Shown: positions 9,868 through 22,300 of the stretch, in pieces
How positions within the stretch are numbered: the first letter of the stretch is position 1
Layout: each line of letters begins with the position of its first letter
Assembly (NCBI GenBank): GCA_010909165.1
Contig: VJWM01000025.1
Coordinates: forward strand, 1,054,001 to 1,118,000
Origin: Anthoceros angustus
Lineage: Eukaryota > Plantae > Anthocerotophyta
Direction of reading: 5' to 3'
Length of the DNA stretch: 64,000 nt
Program-made: the position numbers and the translations under genes
The notes under the pieces: generated by a model
The model's input: only the letters and a program-made list of their open reading frames with translations
The model's database searches: none
Told to the model about the DNA's origin: nothing

Positions 9868-12800
9868 ATGAATCTTTGTTGGAAAAGATGCGAGCACTCG
9901 CGGAGGATGGAGAGCGGCCGACGCCGTCCGTTTTTCACGCTCCCCAAGGACCGGATTTTGGTCAGGGTTGATTGCGCCCAGGCTCGTGGTTCAGGCACTG
10001 CAGTGCAATCCCCTACGGAGTCCAGCTCCGAACAGGTATGTTGAAATTGCATCTGGGCATCTTGATAAGTTGTGCTTGAATGTCTGCTTCTGCATCTAAT
10101 TTTACCAAGTGGTGTTGCAGAGGGATATAGACAGGCAATTGGTTGTGGTCGGAGGTGGAGCAGCTGGCATATTTGCCGCTCTGAGGGCGAAACAAGTGTC
10201 TCCCCAGTTGAAAGTCCTGGTGCTCGAAAAGGGACAGCCTCTTTCCAAGGTTGCTGAATAACACTCCCGTCATCCACCTTTTCCAAAGTTATTCCGCATG
10301 ATCTGAAAATCCAGAAAGAAATTCGTGTCATAGGTCAGAATCTCCGGTGGTGGTCGCTGCAACGTAACCACGGGCTTGTTCGTCGATCCCTTGGTAAGCC
10401 TCTCTGGTCCTTGCTGTACCGGCATGGTCGTTTTTTTTTCTTTGGTTGCTGGGGCAACTTTCAATGACCTTTGCTTGGATGGCCTCTCCTCCATCAGCCT
10501 TTGTCAGAGCAATATCCCAGGGGCCACAAGGAGCTCAGGGGGTCCTTCTTTCGTACTCACGGGCCCAGGGAAACCGCAGCCTGGTTTGCTGAACATGGAG
10601 TACCACTGAAGGTATGAAATGCTGAATCCATATATCGGCTTCGTTTTTTGGCCACCCTGGGAGATGATAGCTGGTGGTGGAAAAGCAGATTGAGGAGGAT
10701 GGTCGCATGTTCCCGGTTAGCGATAGCTCAGCCACCATAGTGGATTGCCTTCTGACAGAGGCTCAACGCCTTGGAGGTATTTGCTGAGAGCAGTCTTCCT
10801 GTGTTGTGCTCTTTCAGCTCTCAGTTTGCATGAGGGTCCTTGGTCTGCTGCTGCTGATGCTTCTGCTGCCGTCCTCTCCCAGTATGCTTGCAAACAAGCA
10901 CATCTGTAACTGCTGTGCACTTGAGGAACAGCGAAAGATTTTCACTTGAGACTGGCAGTCTCCTACGACGTAAGGAGACAATTTCAGCTGATTTTGTCCT
11001 TTTAGCAACAGGGAGCTCCCCTCAGGTACTTCACAGCAGTCCTGCATGTATAGCATAAGTTGTCGCCTGCTCAGCTGATGATTTTATCTCCTTTCACCAG
11101 GGCAAGGCGGACGGATTATAAGTTCAATGACCTGTGTTGGGCTTTCATCTTTAAAGCCGCAGGAAATTCTGCCTCTTGGTGACTTGCTAACCTTGAGTTC
11201 TGACCTCAGGGGTATCGCTTGGCGAAACAGCTAGGGCATTCTATTGTAGATCCGGTTCCAAGTCTATTCACGTTCAAAATCGAAGACCCTGCTTTGCATG
11301 AACTTGCTGGGGTAATACTCTTCAACTGTGTTTGCTGGCCTCTTCGCCCTGCAAATTGTAGTGTTTCTGCGAAGTGTGTCACAAAGAATCAGCCTCTTTG
11401 GTTTTGTGTCTCTGGACAGGTCAGTTTTGCACAAGTGAAGGCAGAACTTCAAGTTTCTGGAATCGAGCATTCCAGCACAAATTGGACCCAAGTAAGCCAG
11501 TGGCTTTCCCTCTTAAAAATGCAAGCTTGTTTTGCTTGGTGGATCTTTCTGGCAATCCATCCTAAACCCATCCTGTATAACCTAAGGACAACGAACTTGT
11601 AATCACGTAGGCTGGTCCACTTCTGATAACGCACTGGGGACTCAGTGGCCCAATTGTGCTCCGCCTCTCAGCCTGGGCTGCCCGTCAGCTTTTCTCATCT
11701 GACTATGAAGGTACCAGGTTTGGCTGCTGTTTGTATCCAAGTGTGAGGATCGGCTTGTCAGAGGTCTGACGATGTCCACTTGGTAGGTAGGTGTCTTGTG
11801 GGTTGATTTCATGCCTCACCTAAACTCAGAGAGTGCCTTGGACAGCTTCTTAAAGCACAAAGAGTCATTCATGGTGCGTACACAACTGCCCCTCCTCACC
11901 TGCTGCAGATAGAAGATCGATACCTCCATTTGGTGATCTTTTTACTTCTGTAGGTTTTTGAGTAGAGTGTGGCTACCATCTTCATACACACCATACCAGG
12001 CGATGGTCTGTGCAGAAGCGTAAAGTAGGTAGCCTGGCTCCAGCTAGTCTTGCAACAGTTCGACGAGCGTGGCATTATCTCCTTAAGAAACAGGTCTTGC
12101 CGGCTCTCTTTTACCTTCACTTGTCTTCAGTGAAGTTCGTGGTCTTTTTGTAATTTGCCGTCTTAAATGCTAATGCTCTCTAGTTTTTGCCTAAGGGTCT
12201 TGATGCAGACATGTTGTGGGCAGCACTACCCAAAAAGAGCATCACTCAGCTAGTGTCCAGGATAAAAAAATGCCCGTTCCACATCTCTGCTAAGGCAAGT
12301 TGATGACGCACACCATTGATGGCAATTGAAACCCAGTAAGTATTTAGGCTGATAAGTCAGTATCCTCGTTTGGAATTCAGGGACAATTCAAGGATGAGTT
12401 TGTGACGGCAGGAGGGGTGCCACTGACTGAGGTGTCTTTCAAACGGCAGTCATCCGATTCCGCTTAAATTTACATAGGTTGGTACGTACCCAGCTTACGA
12501 GGCTCTCTGCGCAGGTGAACCTGAAGACCATGGAGAGCAAAACCTGCGAACGACTCTTCCTCGCCGGCGAGGTAGGCCTTCTCGGTTCTCCACCATGGTC
12601 TCATAGAACATGTGACAGTATAATAAGCGTCGCTGAGTAGCTGCGTTGGTGCGCGGCAGATATTAAACGTTGATGGCTTGACAGGTGGCTTCAACTTTCA
12701 GGTACCGTATAGATCTTTGTCGTTTTCTATAGAATTTGCAAGCCGCTGTACTGTATTTTCGAGTTGGGTAGCTAGATATACTGTTTACCTTGTCCGCCCG

Positions 12801-12883
12801 TATCCTTGCAGAATGCCTGGACTGGTGGTTTCATCGCAGGCTCCACAATCGGCGAATTGGCAGCCCTAAAAACAAATTATTGA
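9868..12883 (+). CDS. HI0933/YhiN-family NAD(P)/FAD-dependent oxidoreductase (flavoprotein), multi-exon
   Basis: Spliced exons give [14 protein letters not shown] (FAD GxGxxG), [114 protein letters not shown] and a TGA at 12881-12883. The start is at 9868 or 9907. Confidence 0.93.
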
Positions 12884-13122
12884 AGGCCGTTACTACGTTG
12901 TAGTGCATCATCCCGCACCAAAGTGTACGTGTCTACATCGTATGTACAGACAGTATGTGCATACCATGTGTGGATAAAACACCTCGTCAAGTTGCTGACC
13001 GTCGGCGACTGGGTCTCTGACAATATCAAGCACGTGGAGAGCGGGCCTCGACCGCAATTATAGGTGCGAGGTATCTACTTCAACGCCACATTGGCATATT
13101 GCCTGCGTTCTAGTTCGATTTC

Positions 13123-15369
13123 GTGAGTTGCATGCGCCTCACCTCCATGGCGCTGCTAGGATCGTTGGTTGGTAGTTGTCTGACTGAGGCTGCTCTGAAA
13201 TTGGATAGGGACGACCATTTTTGCAGTCGCCGTTGGGATTGTTTGCTCGTCACAGCACCATCTCGGAGGCGCGCTTCTCATTTGCCAAGCCATTCTAGCA
13301 GGCATGCTGGAATTCTCCACCATGGCCGGCCTGTTTGTTGGGCGAAATCGAAGTGGAACAGTTTCAGTGTTCACAGGAGGAACACAGTACTCTGCATTGC
13401 CACAAGACCCGACCCTGTGGCGGCTGATGAGGCGGAAGCAGAAGGGGAAGCCGCTTATGATAGCAATGCACAGCCTCCCGCTGCCAGGCTGACTCCCACC
13501 TGGAGGCGGGCGGGCAATCTTGCCTCCCGATGGCGGGAAATTGCAGGCGAGAACAACTGGGAGGGGCTGCTGACACCATTGGACCCCGATCTCAAGAGGG
13601 AAATCATGAAGTGCGGGGACTTCATCTGGCCTGGCTACGATGCTATGGACGACATTCCTGAGTCCAGGTACAGGGGCAGCGCTCTCTATCACCCGTCCAA
13701 GCTCTTGGATAAGGTGAGGCTGCATGGTACGGGGTACCAGGTGACCAGGTACTTGTACATGCTGTCTGATGTGACTTGGGTCGACCGGTTTGCACCATAT
13801 TTCCAGCTTCCCGTGAGTGGTCAGGATGGTGAGCTCTGGGCCAAGGACAGCAACTGGGTCGGACTGGTTGCTGTGGCAACCGATGAGGAAGCTCAACGGC
13901 TGGGAAGAAGAGACGTCATTGTCTCTTTCCGCGGTACGCACACAGCCAAGGAGTGGGTGATGAACGTCTATGATTGGCTGCTGCCGGCGCAGAAGGCCGA
14001 TGCCAGCGTGCCCTGGCCGGACGTCGTGAAGGTGGAAGCGGGATTTTGGGAGATGTTCACTGGAAAAGCGGAAGACACGGTGTACAACAAGCTCAGCGCA
14101 GCCGAGCAAGTCCGTGAGGAGGTCATCCGGTTGATCAACAAGTACCAGGGGGAGGAATTGAGCATCTCGGTAACTGGGCATAGTCTCGGGGCGGCCCTAG
14201 CCGTGCTGTGTGGATACGACGTTGCTTACAACGGAGCCAATCGACTTCCAGCAGCGGAACCATCTGAGGTGGGTACATTCGATGTATGTAGGGACACGCC
14301 CTCAGCTTCTGAAGGCTGCCAGATGAATCTCACTGTGTTCTGAGATTTTGATGTTCTGCACAGGCTGCAATAGGAGGAAACACGGTGACTGGAAAAGTGA
14401 TCAAGGAGTTGGTGCAAACTGTTAAAACAATAATTCCAGGTGAGTCTGAACGAGTCTGGACTACATGCTGCTCCACCATCGTCCTAGCTCTGCTGCAATC
14501 TCCTTACACAAATCTGTTCTCTGCAGGTCTCACAGCCGAGAAGAAAGAGATTCCGAAGGGGTTTCTGCCTGGAACAGTGCCCATCACAGTATACACTTTC
14601 GGGTGCCCCCGTGTTGGAAATGACGACTTCCGAGATACCATCCATGCTCTTGGTGTAAAGGTATCACCAGTCTCTCAGCACTCTGCTGATACCATTGCCC
14701 AGAGTTTCTACTGCAATCAACTTGCCAGCACCACTTTCACGCTCAAACGCGCACGTTTTTTGCAGATTCTCCGTGTAGAAGGGGAGGGTGACATCGTGAC
14801 CCGGTTCCCTGGCGTGTTTTTCAATGAGTGGATTTTGAATGGGGCCGATAAGTGGTTGGGTCTCTTCTTTGACAGCTTGCCTTGGACATACATACATGTT
14901 GGTGTTGCGCTGAAAGTTAACTACAAGGACTCGCCTTACTTGAAAGCCAAAACGAAGTTCATGGATGTGCACGATTTACAGGTTAACCTCCATCTGATTG
15001 ATGGCCTCGGCGAGGTACGTCACAGTTGTATTTCCACACACTTCACTGCCTGCTGAAACGTTTTGGGTTCCAGAACTTCAGAGTTAGACGCATGTGAGGA
15101 ACATACATACTTGTGTTCTGACCCCAATGGTGTACTTGCAGCCGCCAAGCCTGGAGAGATTTAATCGCAACTATGACGAGAATAGGAGGGACTTTGCGCT
15201 TGTGAACAAGTACATTGGTTTGCTAGATCCCAAATACAGAATCCCTGAGGGATGGTTTCAGCTTGAGAACAAGGGCCTCGTCCTCAACCTAGAAACTGGT
15301 CGATGGGAAGTGCCCAATCGTGAATCGATCGATGAGCCTGTCAATTTTGTAGGACCCATTGATAGATAG
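13123..15369 (+). CDS. Class-3 lipase / phospholipase A1 (DAD1-like, PLA1-I type), multi-exon
   Basis: WREIAGENNWEGLLTPLDPDL, NWVGLVAVATD, LGRRDVIVSFRGT, nucleophile motif ISVTGHSLGAALA, ITVYTFGCPRVGN, DIVTRFPG, HDLQVNLHLIDG, RRDFALVNK and a TAG at 15367-15369. The exact start is uncertain (13123 or 13147). Confidence 0.92.
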
Positions 15370-15582
15370 TCATGAGTTATAATCCTGCTAATAAGAACAG
15401 AGGCCCAACTGGCTTGTACGCGCATTCAAGGAAACATGCCAGCCAACACGTTACTAAATTCCTGAAAGAGGCCAGAGCAATCGAGTCCAAACTCAACCAA
15501 ATAGGCTGCAAGTGCAGGACATCCCGCTATACCTAATTGTACAAAACGCCTGCTCACCTAATCCTGGATTGCTTCCAGGCGC

Positions 15583-17272
15583 TTAATAGGTGTAACTGCC
15601 TGCTTCGGGCCTGAGCCTCCAGTCCTCCAGAGATTGCGCAGTTAGCCACCTCCAGGTGTCCTCAGGCATCTCCACATCGCTGCAGAAGAGTGTGCAAGCC
15701 GGCAGAGTTCCCGTATCAATACTGGAGACGTTCACGTCAGCGGTCCCTTTCTTGCATCGTTGCCGGGGGTCGGTGAGCACAACCGGTTCGAAAAGAGGAC
15801 CTCTGTCGCATAGCTGTTCCTGTGTAGGATTCTTCACCAGGCCTGTGTTTTCGATGATGCTTTCATATGTGCTCATGAGCACGGCGAGGGAGAGGAGATG
15901 GCCTTCCGAGCTACACATCCACTCCAACTCGTCGTGTGCACGGTCGGCCATGGCTTCCATTTCCGCGTCATGTTGTTGCATATATTCGATTCTTTCAAGC
16001 AGGTCAGTGAAACTGCAAGAAAACGACACAACCAAGAGGAATTTCAGTCACTTAGGATGGATGCAAAAGTCAAGAAAGAAATGCAGCAAAGCCAGGAAAG
16101 GGAACGTACTAGTGAGAAGTCTCTGCGAAATGCTTCATAGGCCTTCTGAGAGGCGAGTAAAAGCTGTAGTAAGGGGTCTCTTGCTGTATCAGGACGCGCT
16201 TACTGATAATGGCATCACAGAAGAGCGAGCTGCTGTTGAAACCTCCATCCAGAAGCAGCTCGTACTTGTATTTCAGCTTGTCTGTGAAGTTCATACGTGC
16301 ACCAACCTCGATGCCTTGCTCCTCAAGCTCCGCCCGGTGCTTGTCATTCACATGATTCCATGAATCAACCCGGGCATCAAGCAATGTCGGATGGAAGTCG
16401 GTGAGCCTATGCAGCCTCCATTGAGGCGTGGCCTCCAAGCTCCCCGTGCGCCAGTGGTAGACCGCAGACGGTCCTCTGAACACCGCCCTAGCCTCCTTCT
16501 CTCTCCAGGAAATCTCGGGTGCATCCGGTACACTCATCCCGAGGAGAAGCGGATCTGGAAGCGGCACATCTAAGTTCACCGTGGTGGTGAAGGTGCTGAA
16601 GATGAGGAAGCCTGCGTAGTTGATCGTCAAGCTGCTGTCTGACGACATAGGGAAGTCGCAAGTGTTGAACAGCAGCTCCACCCGCAGGTCCTTCATATTG
16701 TATCTATCCACCATTGCCTCCAACGCCAGCACCATGCCATTGGCGCGTGCCAGCTGATGCGCATTGCCGGTGAAACCACCGTATCTGAAATACACTCTCC
16801 CGCTCACAATGCGGATATGCACACAGCACTCCATAAACCTGGGCTGCGTAGCCGCTCCCCGCACCGCCTGGACCTTCCACGTCCCCCGGCTACCGAATCC
16901 TTGTTTGATGTTCGGGATAGGCATCCAGCTCCCGAAGTAGAACCTCGCCAGCTTCAACAGACTCACAATCCTGGGATCCGACAGCTCCACCGTGTCCGGA
17001 TCCATCCTCAGAGCCTCCCATGCTTCCCTGGGAACCTTTTCAAAATGCACAGCCTGCCAAAACTCCTCCCCCCGGCTCGCCACCTGCCCTGCCTCCTCCT
17101 CCTCTACCGGAAAGCGGTCCACAGGTGCAAAGAAGACAACCGCGAGCACCGTGAAGAGCGTGAACATGATGATGAGCGAGCTCGGAGGCCATGGCCGCAG
17201 CACTGAGCAAAGCCACCGGCTTGGCATCCTTCCAGCAAAGCTCTCTTCCAGAAACGCAAGCTTCTGATTCAC
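15583..17272 (-). CDS. GT90 / CAP10-like glycosyltransferase (KDELC/POGLUT-like), type II membrane protein; intron 16013-16109
   Basis: N-terminal TM segment SLIIMFTLFTVLAVVFFA. Motifs include LRVELLFNTCDFP, DVPLPDP, WREKEARAVFRG, LLDARV, KYKYELLLDG and VLIQQETPYYSFY. A phase-2 intron (ta|gtacg...gcag|t) joins to YFTDLLERIEYMQQHDAEMEAMADRAH, the typical GT90 C-terminus. Confidence 0.88.
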
Positions 17273-17596
17273 CTCGGCAGCAGAAGCGTCTCGCTCGGCA
17301 CTCTCGCGCTATCTCAAGCCACAATGCGCGTCTTCATGCCGACCCTGATCAGTCGGTTTATCGGAGCGCCGCAGACAGGTCCCTGGCTGCCGGTCTCGTC
17401 CAAGGTCGGGGCACCGGGAGCATTTTGCTTCAAGCTGTCCGCAGACGAAGTCTACGCACGGGCTTCACATGGACCGAGCAACGCACCGACGTGAAAGCAC
17501 GAACGGGGTTCACCACTCCGTTCCGTAAAAACCGGCCTTGTCCGTCCCGCCTGCAAACCCTGACGACGGTAGGTTGCCTATGGAGGATTGGCGACG

Positions 17597-18823
17597 ATGG
17601 GAAGCTTCGGCGCCACGGGCCCCTGCCATCGCTGCGGCAGGGGCGGCCACCTGGCTCGAGATTGTTCCCACCACACGTGCTTCCGCTGCAATGCGTGCGT
17701 TTCTCGCAACACCTATGTCTCATTTCGCTGAGCTTAAGCTGACGGCCAAATTTGTTCGTTTTGTTGATCAGGAGAGGGCACATGGCCTGGGAGTGCGTGG
17801 AGGGGCTCACTTGCAGCAGATGTGGGGGCAAAGGTCACATCCAGCGGAATTGCAAGGATGTGTCATGTCACAGGTCTACACCTTCCCCTCCAGCTTTGCC
17901 ACCCTTTGTGTTTGTCATCCTGTTTGCTTGTCACAAGTTTGATGGAGGGAAGTGAATGTATGCCTTGGGGTTTTTTTTTCTTTTTTTCGAGCTCAGTGTT
18001 TGATGCAGGTGTGGTCGAAGGGGGCATATAGCAAAGTTTTGCAAGGATCCATTTGCAAAGGTATGAATGTCATTTTGTTCGCACAGTGTTTGTGGGGCTT
18101 GCCAAGGCTAGCCAGGTGTCTGAGCAGGCAGAAATAAGAGTTGAGTCATGTTGCAGATTTGTGCGTGACACGAGAGTGTTGTAGCTGGGTTAACCTATCT
18201 GGCGGCAGGCTGCAGAGGTGGAAAAGCAGGAGGAACAGCAGGCTTTGTGTCACATGCCCAGGACTGGTGGAGCTCCTGGTTCTCGTTTCGTGGGAGACAA
18301 TGGCAGAATTTCAGCTAGTGGGAGCAGGGGAGCACTGAAACCGGTAAAGCAGAAGGAAGCACCTAGTCCCTGGGACAATCTGGGAGTGGTGAGGGGTACG
18401 GGTAGTGAAGGGAAGGAGGAACAGTGCCGAGGTTTAAAGGGTTGCGATTCCACTACTGCTGACCGAATTACTGTCTTAAATACGAAAAGGAAGGGAGTTG
18501 TATCTGGATCGAGACCACCACTGCTAAAGAAGCGCAGTGCTAACAGTATGAAGCTTGACCTAGCTCCAAAACAAATCCTGCCAGCATCTGGTTGTCATCG
18601 GGAGATAGGGCAGCCAGGGCACAGCACTGGTGATGAGTGGCACGGTTTGGTTGGTTATGAGAGCGAAGATAGTGAGACTGAAGCGGAGTTTGTTACAGAG
18701 CAGGAACTTGCGGAACCTGGTGAGGTTGGAACGACTGTTCGTGTGGAGAGTCTTCCTGAGACCGCCTATGGCCCTGCTGATGAGTTCCACGTGGATAATT
18801 CAGGTGCAGCAAAGGATGAGTGA
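17597..18823 (+). CDS. Zinc-knuckle (4x CCHC) nucleic-acid-binding protein with low-complexity acidic C-terminus
   Basis: Exons 17597-17694, 17772-17873 and 18009-18060 splice in frame to CHRCGRGGHLARDC, CFRCNARGHMAWEC, CSRCGGKGHIQRNC and CHRCGRRGHIAKFC. An acceptor at 18208 leads into ORF 18218-18823. The 3' structure is less certain. Confidence 0.8.
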
Positions 18824-19399
18824 AGGAACTGGTGAACTTGTCCTGCGATATCCCAGGGAATATTTTGGAAGCTTGAAGGTTGAGCTCATCAGATGTGATT
18901 AAAAACTGCAGAAGCCCATGATGAAAATGGGGTGTTGGAGTTTGCTCATGTACTGCCTCAACGTGCCTCATGGAGGTTGTTTGCAGGAACGCCTTGCAAG
19001 CAGCGGGGTGGCTGGTGGAGATGGATTATGGTATGCAATTCGGAAGTTACAGTTGCATGGAGAGCGTTATGTGGAGTACGCACTTCTGAAGCTCATGAGG
19101 GGGACTTGTGAAGATCTGCAGGACCAGGTTATCTGATGATTTCCTGTTCTTGCCACCAGACTCGCTTCTCTTCTTGGAGGCACTGTCATGCATGGCCTGG
19201 GCTTGGGCTTTGCAGACGACCACTCGAGCTGTGAGTTTCTTTCCTTCCCTTGTCAAGAGTGATGGCTCAAATACTTCATTTCTAGCCGATCCATATGCAC
19301 TGAGTGGTGTAAGAAGTGTGACAAGTTTAACTGTTGTGTGCCAGGTTTGTAAGTAACTTAGTGGACGGGTAATATTCTTTATTCCTGGCTCAAACTGAA

Positions 19400-22300
19400 C
19401 AAAGGGGTTAGATTCGCAAAGGGATCAGAAGTCATCTACAGTCTAATGCAGCATGATAAATTCACCATTGCATATCATTTTAATTTATTTTCAGTTGTTT
19501 CGAACGAACCATTTCTCTCGAAGTAACTGTCCAGGAGAAGTCCAGAGTGTTGCACATTTGTCATGGTGTCACGCATTCGATAGATTGTTTTACAGTTTCC
19601 AGATTGCTATTACCCAGCACAAATATAGCAGATCTCTCTAGAATTTATTCCTCAGCAAACGTGGGCTCTGAGAATCTAGTATGAACAGTGCTTTGCCTTC
19701 ATACAAACGACGTTCCAAACCACGATTGTTCGAATCATTGCTGCAGGTACCTGTTTCGCAACACTCAATTTCAAATGTGGGCACGACGAAAAGTGGGCGC
19801 CCTCAATTTCTTCTCACCTGTGTAGTGTGTCGGCCACACGACTGGAGAATCGTTCTGGGGGAGGAGCTTGTTGAGCAGGAAATCGAATCGCTTGTCACCC
19901 ATAAACCAGTGAAATTGTTGATGGCATGTATCTTCATGAGAAGCACACAGCGCTAACTATCATACAGTCAGGACTGTCGTCTAAGGCACCATCGCAGAAA
20001 GGCTGTGCGAGCAAACACAGCTGTTGCTGGTCCTGTCAAGTATGTCTGATTGTCATCATCTTGCCAAACAATTTGCAAAGGAAAGTTGACAGTGCATTTC
20101 TCTGTCCAGGAATTAAAGAACGTCAAACCACATTATCAAGTGGACAGTACCACATCAATAGAACTCAAGTGTGCACACTAACATCATACAACCACACTTA
20201 CCCAGTGATCAAGACCGTCCAGTTCCCCTGCCACATGTAGGCCTGTCAATCAAACACGATGTCTTCTTTCTAGTTCTTTCTACCTCCCTTACCCAGCTCA
20301 TTCCCTTCGCTCACACAAGCATTTGCACGTTGGGAAATCGAAAGTACTTGCATGAGTCTGTTAACAGAAGGGTTTGGGTAAGTAATTTTGTTGCTTAAGC
20401 AAAAAGTAGGCGGGGAAGCTGTGTGCAATGCAAGTGCGCTTTCCTGCTAGAAAATCCGCTTGTTTGTCAACGACGAGACCACCTTCTGCCAGTGGCAAAA
20501 GCATGTCAAGAGCAAGCAGAGTACCACAGTCGACACTGAGACAGAAACGTACAAAATCCTACTCAAGAAAGTCATTCCAAACGTCTTGTGGAGATGGAAC
20601 TCGATCGTACGTCTATACCCTGCTCGATGTATGTCACACATTCAGAATTTCCCGTCCTGATACAGGTCACAATCCATTTCTTGCCAGCCACCACCAATGA
20701 TGTTCATCCAACTGAGTAGGGACCCTTCCAGGGAACGTCAGCTGGTTTCAAGGTAGCTGGCCCCATCCATATCCACTCCGATCTGTTGAATATTCGCTAA
20801 GGTGAATAGTGTCTAGAATTTCACGGCAATACACCGAAACGCCCAACCCAATACCTTGCATAAGAAACAAGCTTCTTGGAAGGTTTACAGCAAGAAAACC
20901 TGACCATGAGAGTCTTCTGCGTCCATGACAGATATCATCTAAATCAACTGACAGTATTGCTTCAATCAGGGGTGCAGCAAGGCCATGTTCAATCGCTTCT
21001 GGGCACTCCAAAGCAAATTCCCCTTCACTTCAGAGTGCTAAGGATATGCCTCCGAGATTCTGATGTGTTACACAACTTGGCAAGAACTTGAGCCACAAAC
21101 CGGATCCCACTGCCACACATCTACCAAAGTTACACCACAAGCATAGCAATCAGCTCGAGGAGAAAAGAGTCGCATTGGACAAACAATCTCAGGATCACGA
21201 CCATGCCAACGAAAGCAGTAGCCATGCCACTCACTCCATGCCACGTTTGAAAACTTTAGATGACTCCCTCTACTCCACTCCAAGTCCAAAGTTACGATCA
21301 GTTTAACGACTTGTGCTTCTGCGAACTTCGGCTCCAAGCCAGGAACATGCTCTCCGCTTTACACTCCCAACCACCAACCCACCGGGTACCCACAGTCAAC
21401 CAAAATCATTACCCTCATCCTTTGATGTCCTTAGGGTCTCCCGTTGATGTCCTTTGGTAGATGGGTAAACCCATCTCCTCTTTCCTTAACAAAAACCTCA
21501 CCCTCATCAAGGTGCACAGCTTTTCTGCAAAAAGTCCTTGACAAGTTCATGATGTAAAGGTCTTCCCCACGCTGAGAGAGCAACTTATTGTTCCGCCATG
21601 CACTGCCTGCTCACAACCACATAGACCACAGATTCCACAGCCAAGACTACCAACATTCGTGCAACGAACGTAAACTCTAGAAGCATGAAAATAGCGGCCG
21701 GCGATCCGCATCGCTGCCGCAGCCATGACGCCAAGGATAGTATTAGTGAGGACATGCACGAGGACAGCTAGAGTGCAGGAACAGGGAATGCGCCGCTCTC
21801 AACCATCGCCCTCCAACTAATTGGCTGAGCTCAATAAAATCTGAATTCCGTTCACTTCCAGAATCACTTCACTCAAAACTGGCAAGATGATTCCAAGTCG
21901 CCAGGTACTTCATGCCCCGAAGCAGGAACATGGGTTAGTCTCGCAGACCACGACCACAACCATTTCACCCACGACCATTCGCCCCCCATAAACGGAACTA
22001 GAAGATACAGACAAATCCTGCATATACAGCTCACCTCACCGCTACGCTGTGAATGTTCAACTTTTCTCCACCAGCTGGGAAGACCAAGCCTCGTGAGTGT
22101 TCTGACTCCTCCACTTCGCTCCACTGCAGCGTCTCAAGTGGACTACAGACTGTAAAGTCGATTTGCACCTCTAGACTGCAGTGCACAGGTGCAAGTCAAG
22201 AAGCTACCAAGCATACCCATCTACGAGTAGCCCTCACCTTTGTCCATTGCAAGTGCGCTTTCCTGCTAGAAAATCCGCTTGTTTGTCAACGACGAGACCA

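Noticed and set aside
9868-12883. HI0933 gene as bacterial contamination or recent HGT
   Set aside because: It has more than ten spliceosomal introns, and the family has ordinary plant members.
15656-17831. Plus-strand ORFs (235 aa, 149 aa, 183 aa) and similar overlapping ORFs
   Set aside because: They are antisense or out-of-frame shadows of the GT90 and zinc-knuckle genes in GC-rich sequence.
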